Positions 7,638 through 22,600 of a DNA stretch of 64,000 bases are shown here, piece after piece. The translations under genes and the position numbers were made by a program. Where the stretch lies: positions 1,164,769 to 1,228,768 of the forward strand of contig OZ244779.1 of the NCBI GenBank assembly GCA_965219575.1, written 5' to 3'. Positions within the stretch are counted from its first letter, which is position 1. Each line of letters opens with the position of its first letter. The stretch is from Candidatus Oxydemutatoraceae bacterium (GTDB lineage Bacteria > Pseudomonadota > Gammaproteobacteria > Poriferisulfidales > Oxydemutatoraceae). The notes beneath the pieces were generated by a model that was not told where the DNA came from, searched no databases, and was given only the letters and a program-made list of their open reading frames with translations.

Positions 7638-10600
7638 CAGACATCTACGCCTACGATAACGGTTTCTGTTTCGTACGACGGTCCTGCTTCTATATACGAA
7701 AGTACGGTTGAGCGGCAATCTCGAATAGGCAATCAAATCAACTACACCCTCGGAGACAACAGAATAAGATTCATCCTTTCTTTAAGTCGTGCGTTGACCG
7801 GCGGCGAGGCCTTAGATGTGGGGTTGAACATCGTCGGTGAGGATGGTTTTGATATAAACGATTTAGTTACACCTAGTTTGACCCTTGCGCCCGGTCGCTT
7901 CGGCGTGAGCCTGGCCGATACCGATACGCTCAATCCTGATGTTCGCTTCAGAGTTGGAAGTCCGACAACCGCCGGCTTAGTGTTGCGCATAAGAGACGAC
8001 AATATACTCGAAGAGGATATCAATCTGAGCGTCGTTATCGGGGCAACGAGTGCCACGAATACCCTTCGTGTTATCAGAGATAACACCGCCGACCGTTTCA
8101 GCGTCAGACTGTTGGACGATGAATACACTTTTTGTTTCGATCGGTCAAGCGATATATTCGATGAAAATATCGGTACGGCGGAATTGGGTTTGCGGGTTGC
8201 AGGTCCGGACGGGGTGCAGAGACGATTACCCAGAGACAGCAGTATAAATTTTAGATACCGAAACATTACCGAAACCGTATACAACAATTTTGATTCGGTT
8301 CCTTCCCGTCGGGTAGACTATCAGGCAATACACTCGAGGTCCGATTACTTAAACCTTCCTATAGGAACCACCGAATATACTTTGGGGATTCCGATAACGA
8401 ACGATACTAGGGCGGAGCCGGACGAAAGGTTTGGAATCACTGCGGTTGATCTTTGTGACGACGAAGCGATAGTCACTATCCGCGACGACGACAGAATTGC
8501 AGCCGACATCGATGCAGACCGGGATTCAATAGCCGAGGGCGACGATGTGACATTCACGATTTTGCTACGCAGCAGGACAAGCAGCGAACTTGCAACGCCG
8601 ACCGCGCTGCCGAATGCTATTCAAATCACCGTCTCGGACTATCCGGGCAGCGATTTCATACCGCAAGCATTCGAGAGTACCCGACACACCGTTGCGCTCA
8701 ATACGATGCCGGGACAAACCACGGTCACAGCTTCTTTCACCGTTCGTACCGTCGATAACAACCAAGACGATAGGGTGCACCGAATACTTGCCGAAATCTC
8801 CGCACCACCCGATTATGACTCTATCATCCGGGGCGTTGCTACGGTTAGCGTTCTAGACGACGAGCCTAGAGTATCCATCACTGCCTCCGCAGAAGGAATC
8901 TACAAAGGCGAGGATGCGGTGTTCACGGTGGAATTAGACACACTTACGGAAAACAATACAACGGTCGGTCTGAGGATCGTAGAAAGCGGAGACGAAGATT
9001 TTATAGACTCGCAATACGAAGACATGATCCAAACCGTTATCGTTCCTGCGGGTAGTACGCGAGCGGAATATACGATTCCCACCGCACCGATAGACGACGG
9101 CAACAGCTCGGCTGTCGGCGGCGTCACCGCAAGCATAGTCGTTCCGTCTAACGAAACTTATGTTCTAGGCGAACCCAATTCGGCAACAATCGCTATCGTG
9201 GATGTCGAATGCGGTTATATCATCGATGTCGATGCCGACGACGACGGTTTGATAGAGATTTGCGATTTGGACGGCTTGAACGAAATCCGATATTCCCTAG
9301 ACGGCAGCGGACATAAAGCGAGTCCCGATGCGCCATTGAATGACAGGGGTTGCGACGAGGACGGGGATAACGATGGTGTGTGTAGAGGCTATGAATTGAC
9401 AAGAGATTTAGACTTTAACGATGCGGACAGCTACCGTTCGGGTCGTGTAAATCGCAACTGGATCGAGAGTGTGGGTTGGCCACCGATCGGCACTATACTT
9501 GAGAGGTTCTCCGGGCAATTTGAAGCGAATGGTCGCAACATTGCCAATCTTTATATAAACCGCCCGACGATTAACAATATCGGTTTGTTTAGAGAGACTG
9601 CACCGTCGGCGACGATTAGGCTGCTCAGATTGTCCAATGTCAATATCACGGGTCGGTCGGGAGTCGGTGCCTTAGTCGGTATCAACGAAGGCATCGTCGG
9701 TGCCGTAGACATCATAAACGGGCGTGTGATCGGTCGCGGCGACAACATCGGCGGCGTGGTCGGCATCAGCGAGGGAGCCGTTGTCGGTGTCAATATACTG
9801 CTCGATGCGGTTAGCGGTGGCAGAGTTGAGCGACGCTGCCGAGATAACCTTGAAGCAACGAATTGTGCCGACGCCGAGAAAGTTGCAACGGTTCTGGAAA
9901 ACGGCATCAATGTCGGTGGTTTGATCGGTGATAACAACGGCAATGTTGCCAACAACTTCGTCTCGATCGATGTATTGGGTGCGAGCCGTGTCGGTGGTTT
10001 GATCGGTTTCAGTTCGGCAGGTGTGCAGGGCGGCAATGTGGTTATCGGCAATGTGCGTGGCAACGAATACACCGGTGGCTTGATCGGCTACAGTATCCAT
10101 TCGGTCGTAGATAGTTCATCGAATGCCGATGTCGTGGTTAACGGTTCCTACGCCGGTGGCTTGATCGGTTATGCTTGCCGGCTCAGGTCCGGCACGCGTC
10201 GGTGTCTATTGCCCGGCGAGGTTTTGGATTCCGCCGGCTCGGCACTTCAAATCACCGGCAGTTCGTCACGCGGCGATGTAGAAGGCGGCGATTATAGCGG
10301 GGGTCTAATCGGTTTTAGTAGCATCGCAATCACCGGCGGTTCGTCACGCGGTAATGTAACAGGCGGTGATTATAGCGGTGGTCTCGTCGGTTATAGTAGC
10401 GACGACATCGTCGATAGTGTCGTCGAAGATGGCAGGGTTTCGGCTAGGGACTATGTCGGTGGCTTGGTCGGTTTTCATTCCGGTAGGCAAATCATTAACG
10501 GCAAGGCAACCGGTATTACGCTGACCGGTGGTAGCAATCTGGGTGGTCTGGTCGGCATGTCGGAAGTAACAACCGCGGTGAGTGTAATTACCGATGCCGT

Positions 10601-13600
10601 CGCCGAAGGCAGTATTGTCGGTGATACAGTTATCGGCGGCTTGGTCGGCCATGCTTCTGCGTTGCGAGTCACCGACAGCACGGCGGATGTTCCGGTCACG
10701 GCGATGGATAGCGACGCCGAGAATGTCGGCGGCTTGATCGGCAGAGTAGAAAGCGGTAGCATCACCGGCAGCCGTGCAAGCGGCGATGTTCGAGGTAGTT
10801 TCCACATCGGCGGCTTGGTCGGCAATGCCGGACAATCAAGGATCGGCGACAGCTATGCAACCGGTGATGTCAACGGTACCGCCCATAACGTCGGCGGTTT
10901 GGTCGGTAGCATAAACGGCACTCGCATCGAAGACAGTTACGCAACCGGCGATGTTAGAGGTAGTTATCATATCGGTGGCTTGGTCGGTATCGGCGAACAA
11001 TTAGACATCGGTCGTAGCTATGCAATCGGCAATGTAAACGGTAGTGCTTATAACATCGGTGGTTTGGCAGGCTATCTAAACCGTGGCAATATCACCTTCG
11101 TTTATGCAACGGGTTCGGTGATAGGAGACAACGGTGCCGGCCCCGGTGTAAATAATAGTGTAGACAATGTCGGCGGCTTGGTCGGTAGGGCAGACGGTAT
11201 CTCTCTCGTCAACGGCTATGCTATCAATGCCACGGTATCCGGTGTCGACAGAGTCGGTGGTTTGATCGGTATTAAATCCGGGGGTTCGGTGCGCATCGCG
11301 TATGCCCGAAGTTCGGTTTTAGGTATTAACAGAGTTGGTGGTTTGATCGGTGATAACAACGGGCGGGTTGCTACCACCTATGCGGCGGGCAGGGTTTCGG
11401 CAAGCGGTAGCGATGTCGGTGGCTTAATCGGTCATAACCAAGCGAGTAGGGTTAGAGTCTTTACCGACGGCGAAGTAGAGGATAGCTACTGGGATATCAC
11501 CGAGAGTGATACCGCATCGAGCGATGCCGGGATAGGCTTTAGCGATCTCAAAGTCGCAACCGAGCCCAGCCGACTTCCCGACGGTATTTTTTTCCGCTGG
11601 CGTAATGAAGATTGGGATTTCGGTACTGCCGAGCAATATCCGTGGCTCAGAGATGCTAGCGGCGAGGTTTCCCTACGGCAAAGTGGGTTGACCGATATCA
11701 CTTTCAACAATACCGCATTAACGCCACCTTTCGATCCGGGCGTATCCGAATACTATGTGCTGCTAAACCAAAATTTGCAACAAGCTACACTGAATATCCG
11801 CTTAAACTCCGGCGATGCCGTTGTCGGTATCGTCAAAGCCGGCGACACCGCACCACCTACCCAAGTGCGGGGTGGTGGTGATATACCGATTACTCTGAAC
11901 ACCGATCTTGAACCCACCGTCTTTATCGTCGCCCAACGTTATCGGGTACAAATCGTTAGCGAGTTGAGGGTAAATATCGCTACGGATCGGCAAGACCGAA
12001 CCGTAGAAGAAGGTCAACCCCTGCGCTTGACCGTTGAAGACAATATCGTCAATGCACTTCCGTTGACTTACACTTGGCGGCAAACCGCCCCGAGCAATAG
12101 ACTATTGGTGGCGGCGCTGGAGACGGGCATCACCGTCGACCAACCCGAGTTTGTTATCACGGTTCCTCCCGCTATCGTGCCGGCGTTGGAAAACGAACTC
12201 GCTATCACCTTAGAAGTAACGGCGAGCGGTGAGATTGCCGGCTCCCCGCAAAATAGCACCGTGCAACTGCGTATTCTAAAAGTGGATAACGGTGTCGGCA
12301 ATTTAACTGCGCCGAGTTATGTCGCAGAGACTTCGGCATTGGAAGTGCCTAATTTTATGCAAGCGATTGCCGCCGACCCCGACGGCGAAGCCGACGATGC
12401 CGATCAAAACATCCGCTATCAATGGCAATACGACAGAGACGGTTCGTGGCAAGACATAGCCGGTGCGCGCAATGCGCGCTACGACACCGCCGAGCGCAAT
12501 GTGCCGCCGCTTACTCGATATCGACTGCAAGCACGCTACATAGACGAGCAAGGCTACGATAACACCGTGATATCGCAAGCGTCCGAACAGATCGTAGACG
12601 GAGATAGAGACGGCTTGATAGATATCTATCATCTGGAAGGTCTAAACTTCGTCAGATACCGGCTCGACGGTAGTGCTTATACGACAGGGCCGGGTGATGC
12701 CGGATTAACCGGTGGCTGTCCCGGCAACGGTTGCTTCGGCTACGAACTCAACAGAGACTTGGATTTCAACGACTCGAACAGCTATGCGTCGGGCGTAGTC
12801 AATTCAGACTGGACGGATCTGAACTTTGACGACCTTAGCGATACCGGCTGGCAACCGATAGGCGAGGAGGACTTGGATTTCTGCGACCCTTCACCGAACA
12901 GCTGTTTCACCGGCATTTTCGACGGCAACGGCTATACGCTATCCAACTTGCAGATCAACAGAAAAGGAATAACGAATAATGCCAATATCGCCTTGTTTGC
13001 CGGGGTGTCCGGCGATAATGCCGTCATACGCGATATCGGTTTAGTCAACGCAAGGATAGAGTCTTTTAGTCCTAGCATAGGTTCCTTTCTTCTTAAAGTT
13101 GCCGGTTTGGCAAGTATCAACGAAGCCAGAATTATCAACAGTTATATACAAGGTCGAATTGTCGTTGAACGTGCCGTAGTAGGCGGGATTAGTAGTTGGA
13201 GTAGAGGAGAGATTATCAACAGCTACGCAGACCTGGACATTCGTGCCGAACAAAACCTCGTTTTTCTAAATTATGTCGGTGGCTTGGTCGGCAGAAATGA
13301 CGGTGGCACGATCATCAATAGCTATGCAATCGGTCGTATCGGCGGTGGTCATATAAACACCGCAGGTGGGCTGGCAGGAGCTAACGCTTCGGGTAGAATT
13401 ATCAATAGCTATGCATCGGTTGACTTCGACTCGCAGACTCAAGATAACGCTTTTTATACGGTAGGCGGTTTGGTGGGAAGGCTGATAGAAGGAACAGACG
13501 GTGAGGGTGCCCTTATCCACAATAGCTATGCGTCGGGTGCAATCATCTCCCGAATCAATGTTCCTCGGGACAGCCTAGACTCGGTAGATATCGGTGGCTT

Positions 13601-16600
13601 GGTCGGTAGAGTAGGTCGCGGTGGACATACGATCAGTAATAGTTATGCGGCAGGTCTCGTTGCTCCCCAAATCACAATCACTCAAGCGGGTGCCGATGTG
13701 AGTGACTATTTAGAGATCGGCGGTTTAGTCGGGGAAATAAGCGATAATGCTTCGTTGGCAACCATAGCGAGCTATTGGGACTCCGATGCCGTGGGGCAGA
13801 GCGACTCGGCAGCCGGTATCGCACAACTACGCGTGCAGATGCAACAAGGCAGAGCGCAGTCCAGCGACCTTGATACGGTGTACTTCGAGTGGCGCGATGC
13901 CGACTGGGACTTCGGTTCGGTCAATCAATATCCGATACTCAAATACACCGCACACCCCGACGCCGATCGCGACCCGATCTGCGATGCGCCGGGAATGCCC
14001 AGATGCGGCGCGCTCATTGCGCCGCTGTTTCGCAACGGCTTGGAGAATTTAAGAATAGTCGGCACCGAATTATTCCCACCGTTTGCAAGCGGGAGTACGG
14101 ACTATACGGGTACCGTCGATCTATCCAGGGATTCGCCTGTTGTCAGCTTGGTTGCCACCGCCTTCGACGCCGATGCCCGCATCGATATTTACGAAGCCGA
14201 CGGTGAAACATTGTTGGTATCCGATCTCGCAAGCGGTGAACCCAGTAGCTTATTTCCGTTAACCACGCAAAGTCGCCGTTTTGTGATAGAAGTCAAAGGT
14301 GTAGAAACGGTACGTCAATCCATCACACTCAATCGCCGCCTCTATAGCATTATCGACTCTTTGGAAGATCTCAACGCAATACGCAACTCATCCGACAATT
14401 ATCGTTTAGTCAGAGATTTAGATTTTAACGACGCGAACAGCTATGCCTCGGGCGAAGTCAATCCAGACTGGACAATGGTTGATTTCAACGCCTCCGTCGG
14501 TACCGGCTGGCAGCCGATCGCTTCTTTTAGCGGCACTTTAGACGGCAACGGCTATACGATATCCAACTTGCAAATCAATAGAGATAATTCCGATAATGTG
14601 GGCTTATTTAGTACATTAGGAGGAGAAAATGTCGTTGTACGCAACCTCGGTTTGATAGATGTCGAGATAGAAGGTGGAAACCTGGTCGGCGCATTAGCGG
14701 GTTATAACAATACCGGTGCGACGATAGAAAACTGTTTCGTCATCGGCAGTGGCGACGGAGAGAGTACAGTCAGAGGAACGGATATAGTCGGTGGTATGGT
14801 TGGGCGCCATGACGAAAAATTTGCCAAAATCATCAGCAGTTATGCCGATGTTTCCGTAAAAGGGCAAAGTGAGGTAGGGGGGTTAGTCGGCCTCGTAGCG
14901 GCTGCCGGGATAGTCATCAACAGCTATGCAACGGGTTCTGTTTCAGGAAATGACAGAGTAGGCGGTTTAGTCGGCGCATTGAACCAAGCTTTCGGGGGGG
15001 GGCTCTTTGAGCTTACAATGATTATCAATAGTCATGCCACCGGCGATGTCACCGGCCAGCGTTTTATCGGTGGTCTTGTCGGGTTTTCAAATGACAGGAT
15101 TATCAATAGTTATGCGACCGGTAAGGTTACAAGTACCTATGCCGGCAACATGACGGTATCCATAGGTGGATTGGTGGGTGAGAATCAGACAGGTGGCACA
15201 ATAATCAACAGCTATGCCACCGGTGATGTCGCAGTCACCGACGATGATGTATCTGCACGCGACTCGATTTTACTCGGTAGTTTGGTTGGTGACCCTGGCA
15301 ATGGTACTGTTAGGAATAGTTATGCAACGGGCAACATACCCCAAGTTATAAGACAAAGAGTAATTAATAGCGGCAGAAACAATTACGACGGGTTTATCGG
15401 CGATAATAATAGTGGCCCGATAGTCACCGCAAGCTACTGGAACAGTAACCTAGACGAAAATGTAGGAAGCCAACGCAGTCGGCGAACAACGAGAGATTTG
15501 CAAACACCTATCGGTCCGGATGTGACCGCACCTTTATTCGTTTATACCGGTTGGAGTACCGACGATTGGGATTTCGGTAGCAACACGCAATACCCGATAC
15601 TCAAATACACCCAAAGCCCTGCCGTAGGCGATACCGGGGGGAGTTGCGGCGATGACGGTCTGCCTGCGTGTGGCACCTTGATCTCGCCCGAACTACGCTA
15701 CGGCTTGAGTGAAATCGAGCCACTCGACGGCGAGCTGCTCAGTCCGCCGTTCAACGGTAGCCGTAGATACTATTACGGGACGGTCACCCTCGACCCGGAC
15801 GGCAAAATCAGGCTGATAGTCAGATCGTCGGCTATCACCGCGGGCAACATCGCTATTTTTGCCGGTCGCGAAGAAACACCGGTGGGTTCCGAGTTTTCGG
15901 TCGGCGATGTCAGCGACGAGATTACTCTGGTCGCCGGCATCAATCGCATCGTCGTCGAAGTCAGCTTGCTGGATTCGGCAACCCCACCGTTCAGATATCA
16001 ACTCTATCTCGTATCGGAAGGGGCAACGGACGCCGTTGCTTCTCAAACGCCGATCAACTATTTGGAAGACCTCGACGCAATACGCAACCGCGCCACAATG
16101 CGCGACGGCAAACGCGACAACTACATATTGAACAGAAATCTGGATTTTGAAGATCCCGACAGTTATCGCTCGGGTGAAATCAACCGTAGTTGGGTTGTGC
16201 GAGACTTCGGTAATACGACCGATACCGGCTGGGCACCTATACTGATAGGACCTAGAAACCCGCAGCCTGATCTATTCACCTTCGACGGCAACGGCTACAC
16301 GATATCCAACTTGCAAGTCAATAGAGATAATGATGTTAATATAGCTCTATTTTCTGTAATTTTTCCCAACGACACTGGTTTCCATGTAATACGCAACCTC
16401 GGCTTGCTAAATGTCACCGTAGAAGGCAGTCTGAATGTTGGTGGTATTGCCGGTAATACGGGTAAAACTAGAATATACAACAGTTATGTAACCGGTTCGG
16501 TTACGGGAGACGACCAAGTCGGTGGTTTGGTCGGTTTAAATGCAGGGACAATCGGTAACAGCTATGTAAAAGGCACCATTATCGGTAGGGATGGTGGTAC

Positions 16601-19600
16601 TTTTAACCATTACATCGGAGGTCTAGTCGGCGCGCACAGTAATTTTTTAATTTTCAATAGTTATGCCGATGTTAGCCTCATCAGCACACACCAGAGAGGA
16701 TCCGGAGGAAATGGCATCCGACAAATCGGTGGTTTGGTCGGACGTAATATCCGTGGCGATATTCACAACAGTTATTCGGCAGGTAGTGTAGAATCTCGCG
16801 GTCGCCTCGGCGGCGATGTCGGTGGATTAGTAGGCTACGGCTTCGACACAGAAAATCTCTATAACTACACTAGGGCCGAAGTCAAAGCAACCGCAAACAA
16901 CATCAATGTTGGCGGTTTGATCGGACGATTACAAGGCACATCCGTAGATACCGCAAACTACTGGAGGATTGCCGACACCTCGCCGTCTGTCACTGCCTCC
17001 GCTGCCGGTACCAGCTTAACGACATCACAGCTACAACGGCCGACCGCACCGGGAGCAATGGAGGGCGATGTGTATCACCAATGGAGTACCGACAACTGGT
17101 ATTTCGGCACCAAAACCGAATACCCGATACTCAAACACGCACCGGGTCCCGATGACGACGGCGACGGCAGAGGCGATGCCTGTGGCACCGAGTTCACCCC
17201 CGATTGCGACGCGTTATTATTACCCGAACCACGCTACGGTTTCATAGAGCTTTCGCTGGGCGGCGACGACTTTTTGGACCCGCCTTTGGATCCCGAAAAT
17301 CGCTATTATAACGGCACCGTCGTGGATGCCGACGGCAACAATGTCATCCGGCTGGTACAGACTACGAAGAATCCTGATAGCACGGTCAGGGTCTATATCG
17401 GAGATTCCGAAACACCGCTGGGCGCGGCATTGCGAAGCGGTCAAGAATCCGAAGCCATTCCCTTGGTTCTCGGAAGAAACCTCATCGATGTAGAAATCGA
17501 CCCCAACTTACCCGGTATTGCGCCTTTTAGATATACGCTCGATCTCCTCTTTGACCGACCGACAATAGAGATTAATTATTTGGAAGACCTTGCGGCAATA
17601 AACGATGCCCCGAATTTCAACTACAGACTCGCCGGAAATTTGGATTTTGAAGACAACACCAGCTATCGCGATTTGAGCAATAGAAACAGATGGATTACAA
17701 ATTTCAGTAACACGGGAGGTTGGTTGCCGATCAGGAATTTTAACGGTACCTTCGACGGCAACGGCTATACGATATCCAATCTACAGATAGTCGGCCCTCG
17801 TAGCGGCAGCCCGGTGAATATAGGTTTATTTGCGACGATTGCTGCCGGCGGCATCGTGCGTAATTTGGGGTTGTTGAATCTTAGAATAGATACCTATGTG
17901 GGCGGACCGGTTGCCAACGGCGGTGGGATAGCGGCAATCAATCGCGGCACCGTGATCAACAGCTATGCGGTTGGCACTATCGAGGGGGGGAATAGCGGTA
18001 TTTTGGTCGGTCGTAGCGAGCGCGGCAGTCATATTATTAATAGCTATGCGGTCGGCACCTTATACGAAAGTGGACAACTAATGAATTTCAACGGTGGGTT
18101 GGTCGGTTCTTGTCTCGGTGCCACGATTGTTAATAGTCGTGCACATGTGGAAATAGGTAATAGAGTTATTGATCGAGCGGCGCGCAATGTCGGTGGCTTG
18201 GTCGGCAGCAGCCGGAATTGTAATATACACAACAGCTTTGCGGTCGGTCGGTCGGATAAAGTCAATGTTTCTGATATTAGTTTCGGAGGATTGATTGGGA
18301 TCGTGGAGCGGGGCGGTACGGTTCAAAATAACTATGCTTATTTTGACATAGCTGAAAACTTAAATGCCGGTGGATTATTGGGAGATGTTTTCAATTCGGA
18401 TATAGACATCTCTATTTTTAATAACTACGCAATCGGCACTGCGGCATCCGGTTTTTTGCGTCGCTATACTGAATCCGAACCGGTCGAACTTAGGAGCGGT
18501 GCGAATTATTGGGATATAGACACCAGCCGAACAGTGCTTACAGACTCAAATGTCAATGCAATCGGTCAAACCACCGAAGCACTGCAATTACCGACTTCGG
18601 CAGACGGCATCTATGGACAATGGGACGAAGAGAATTGGGATTTCGGTACATCCGAGCAATATCCGATCCTCAAATACGCCGCACACCCCGACCCCGATGC
18701 CGATGTGCAGACATGCCGTCGTGCCGACGACGATTCGACACGGCTACCGGTTTGCGGAGACTTGATCGTACCGCAACTCCGCTACGGCTTAAAAAATCTG
18801 GACATAGCCGACGGCACATTGACCCCGGCGTTCACCGAAGAAAACGGCGAACACTACGGCAGTTACTTGGGTACCGCTTTTGCCGATCCCGACGCAATCC
18901 GATTGATCCCGACCGCATTCGACGACCGTGCCGAGATTAGAATCTATCAAGTCGACGGCAAAGGCGAACGGCAGTTGGGCGGTGCCTTCGCTAGCGGCGG
19001 CATCAGCGAGCCGATCACATTGAACCAAAGGTCTATCTCAAGATACGCAAGTGCCATAAACTACTTGATCGTCGAGATAGACCCCGAAGACCCCGCCGCG
19101 CCGACCGTCAGATACCCGGTTTATCTGATGGCAGCAACACCGATCAGGTATTTGGAAGATCTTCACGCATTAGATCAACCGGGTAACGAGTTTAGAAATA
19201 GTGTGTTAGTCCGCGACTTGGATTTTGAAGATCCCGACAGCTATCGCTCGGGTGAAGTGAATAGAGTCTGGACAGTAGTGGACTTTAGTCAACCGAGTAT
19301 GGGTTGGCGGCCTATCAGACGAAATCTACGAGGTATTTTTGACGGCAACGGCCATACCCTATCCAACTTGAGAAGCAGCGGTTTTACCAGTCAAGCAGGC
19401 CTTTGGAATGTTGTTAATCCTTCCGGCATTGTACGCAATTTGGGTTTGCTCGATGTAAAAATTGCTAATAACAACTTTAGTATTAGCACTGCCGGTGCGT
19501 TGGCACAACAGAACGCAGGCACGATTATCGGAAGCTACGCAGTGGTTGATATCAGTACTTCCAGAAATCAAACACCTACTATCGGCGGTTTGGTCGGCGA

Positions 19601-22600
19601 TAATCGAGGCCGGATTTTTAATAGCTATGCGGTAGGTAGCATTACCGTAGTAGATGCTCCGGAAAGAAGACCTATGATTGAAAATGTCTCCACTATCGGT
19701 GGTTTGGTCGGCTTCAGTTCAAATAATGCTTCCGGCATCTTGAATGCTCCGGAAAAAAGAGCTCTGATCGTCAACAGCTATGCCGATGTTTCGCTATCCA
19801 CGACCGACCTCAGAGCCGGCGGCTTGGTCGGTCTATGCGATGCGTGTGACATTCGCAACAGTTTTGCGCGCGGTGCGGTCGTAGGAAGAGGGCCTAGAGT
19901 AGCTTCGATCGGAGGATTCGTCGGTCGTTTGCAAGGCGGATTTAGCCTGAGCAACAACTATGCGAATGGTAGTGTCGGTAGAACCAATGTTGCGCGCGGT
20001 GTCGGTGACGGCGGATTTTTCGGTAGTCTACGTCCCGCCGGCAGTCTCAATGCCAATTACTCCGTCGGGATGACCGACCATGGGTTTGGCGGTGGCCGCG
20101 AATCCGAGACCGCGCTCGGCGATGTTCCGAATTATTGGAACACCGACACTGCCACGACGAGCGGTACGAATGTCTCCATCAATGCAAGCGGCAAAACAAC
20201 CGAGATGCTCCGAATGCCGACTACCGCAAGCGGTATCTACCGGCAATGGAGCGAAGACAACTGGGATTTCGGCACCGATACCGAATATCCGGTACTCAAA
20301 CATACCTTGTTTTCAAGCCGAGATTACGGTCGTAGTCAAAGCTGCCGCAATACCGTCGACGATCTAAGACCATTACCCGTTTGCGGCAGTTTGATCGGAC
20401 CGACATCCCGCAGTATACTCAAAAATCTGACCTTAGCCGACGGCCGTGAATTGTTGCCGGCGTTCACCAACAACGGCAGTTATTCCGGCGAGGTCGTCGA
20501 AGACTCCGACATCATCCGATTGATCCCGACCGCATTCGATGGGCAAGCCGAGATCAGAATCTATGTGATCGACGGCAACGGCGAGCGTCAGGTGGGTGCG
20601 ACATTCGGTAGCGGCGGTACCAGCGCACCGATCACATTGGATGCGAGTGTTATCAACCGTCTCATCGTCGAAATAATCTCCACCGACCCCACCGTGCCGA
20701 CCATTCGCTATCCGCTGTATCTAAGTTATCGGGTCGGACCGACCAAGATAGACTCGCTCGAAGCCTTGGACGCAATACGCAACCGTCCGGACGGCGATTA
20801 TATATTAACCCGCAATCTGGACTTCAACGATGACGACAGTTATGAAGATTTGATCAACAAAGACGTCTGGACGGTAAGCGATTATCAATCTCCCGTCGAT
20901 TTAGGTTGGTTGCCTATCGGTGCAATAACAGACTTCACCGGCACTTTTAACGGTGCCGGTCATACGATTTCCAACTTGCAAATCAACAATAGCGACGGTC
21001 GCATAGACAAAGGGCTATTCGGCACTATCGGTGCGTCTGCGGTGGTGCGCAATATCGGTTTGCTCGATGTCAATATTGTAGATAACAGCGATGCGAATAC
21101 CGCCGCATTGGTCGGTACGAATAACGGTCGGGTTGTCTCCGCTTATGCACAAGGCACCATCGTCGGCGGTAGTCGTTCGGGCGGTTTGGTCGGCTGGAGC
21201 GGCGGTGAAATCGTCAATAGCCATACGGTCGTTAGCGTGCACGGGCAGGGTGAGGAAATCGGTGGCTTGGTCGGCTACAACGAAGGCAATATAGGCAACA
21301 GTTCGGCTGCCGGTGATGTGGCCGGCACTACCAATATCGGTGGCTTGGTCGGGCATCATCGCAACGGAGCCATCTACCACAGCTATGTCAATAGCCGCGT
21401 CTCCGGCGACAACGGTGTCGGTGGTTTGCTGGGTTTCGCTTCGGCCGGCAACATCAGCGATGTTTATACGACCGGTCGGATTGATGCGCAACGCAACGCC
21501 GGTGGTTTAATCGGTAGCACCACTGCGACCGTATCACAAAGGAGCTATAGCATCGCCGAAATCTCTGCCATGTTAAGAGATGACAGTAGCTTCGGTAGTT
21601 TGGTCGGTCGCTTCGAGGGGGGTGCCGAACTGCGCGATAGCTATTTCAACTCCGACAGAGCATCGTTCCCGATCGTAGGACAACGTGCCGACGACACACA
21701 AATCACGAATGCTTCCGCGCTGACCACCGTAGACCTACAACTCGAACCCGAGAATACGAGTACATTTAACAGGCTTTATGGGGCTTGGAGACAAGATTGG
21801 GATTTCGGTACCAGCGTACAATATCCGATTCTGGTAGTGTCACCGAACCCCGACCGTAACGGTGCTATAACATGCGGCACTTTCGACACGCCGCTGTGTA
21901 GAACTTCATTGAGAGGCAACCCGGCTTTGAGTGCGTTGCGTTTCTTGTCGGGTCAACAGAGCCCGGATGTGGACCTCCGTTATCGCGACCATATCGGTAC
22001 GATAGTCAACAATGTTGCCGAGACACAACTGCTTGCGGTTGCCACCGATCCGGATGCGCAAATCACCTTCTACCTCAACGACAGACAGCACGGTGAACGC
22101 ACGGTGAGCGGTACCGCCGGTGCGAGTAGTGCGGCGATGACGCTCGGCGAAGACGGCTTAAACCGCATTGCCGTCGAAGTCATAACACCTGCGGTTGAAA
22201 ATGATCCCGGCGGTGTAGACCGATACAATGTATCGGTTCGTTTCCGGCAGATTGATTCCGATAGAAACGGTAATCCGTTTATCGAAATAGCTACTTTGGA
22301 AGACTTGGATGCAATACGCGACAATACGAGTCGCAGTTATATCTTGACCGCAGATCTGGATTTCAACGACGATAACAGTTATGGAGATTTGAGAAATCGT
22401 GCCGACAACAAAGCTGCATGGACGGTAGATAACTTTGCTGCCTCCGATGATGAAGGTTGGCAACCGATAGATAATTTCAGCGGCGAGTTTGACGGCAACG
22501 GCTATACGATATTCAATCTGCAAATCAACCGCGACACCGAGGACGATCAAGGACTGTTTGCGGTCATCGCCGACGAAGGCGTTGTGCGAAATATCAGCCT

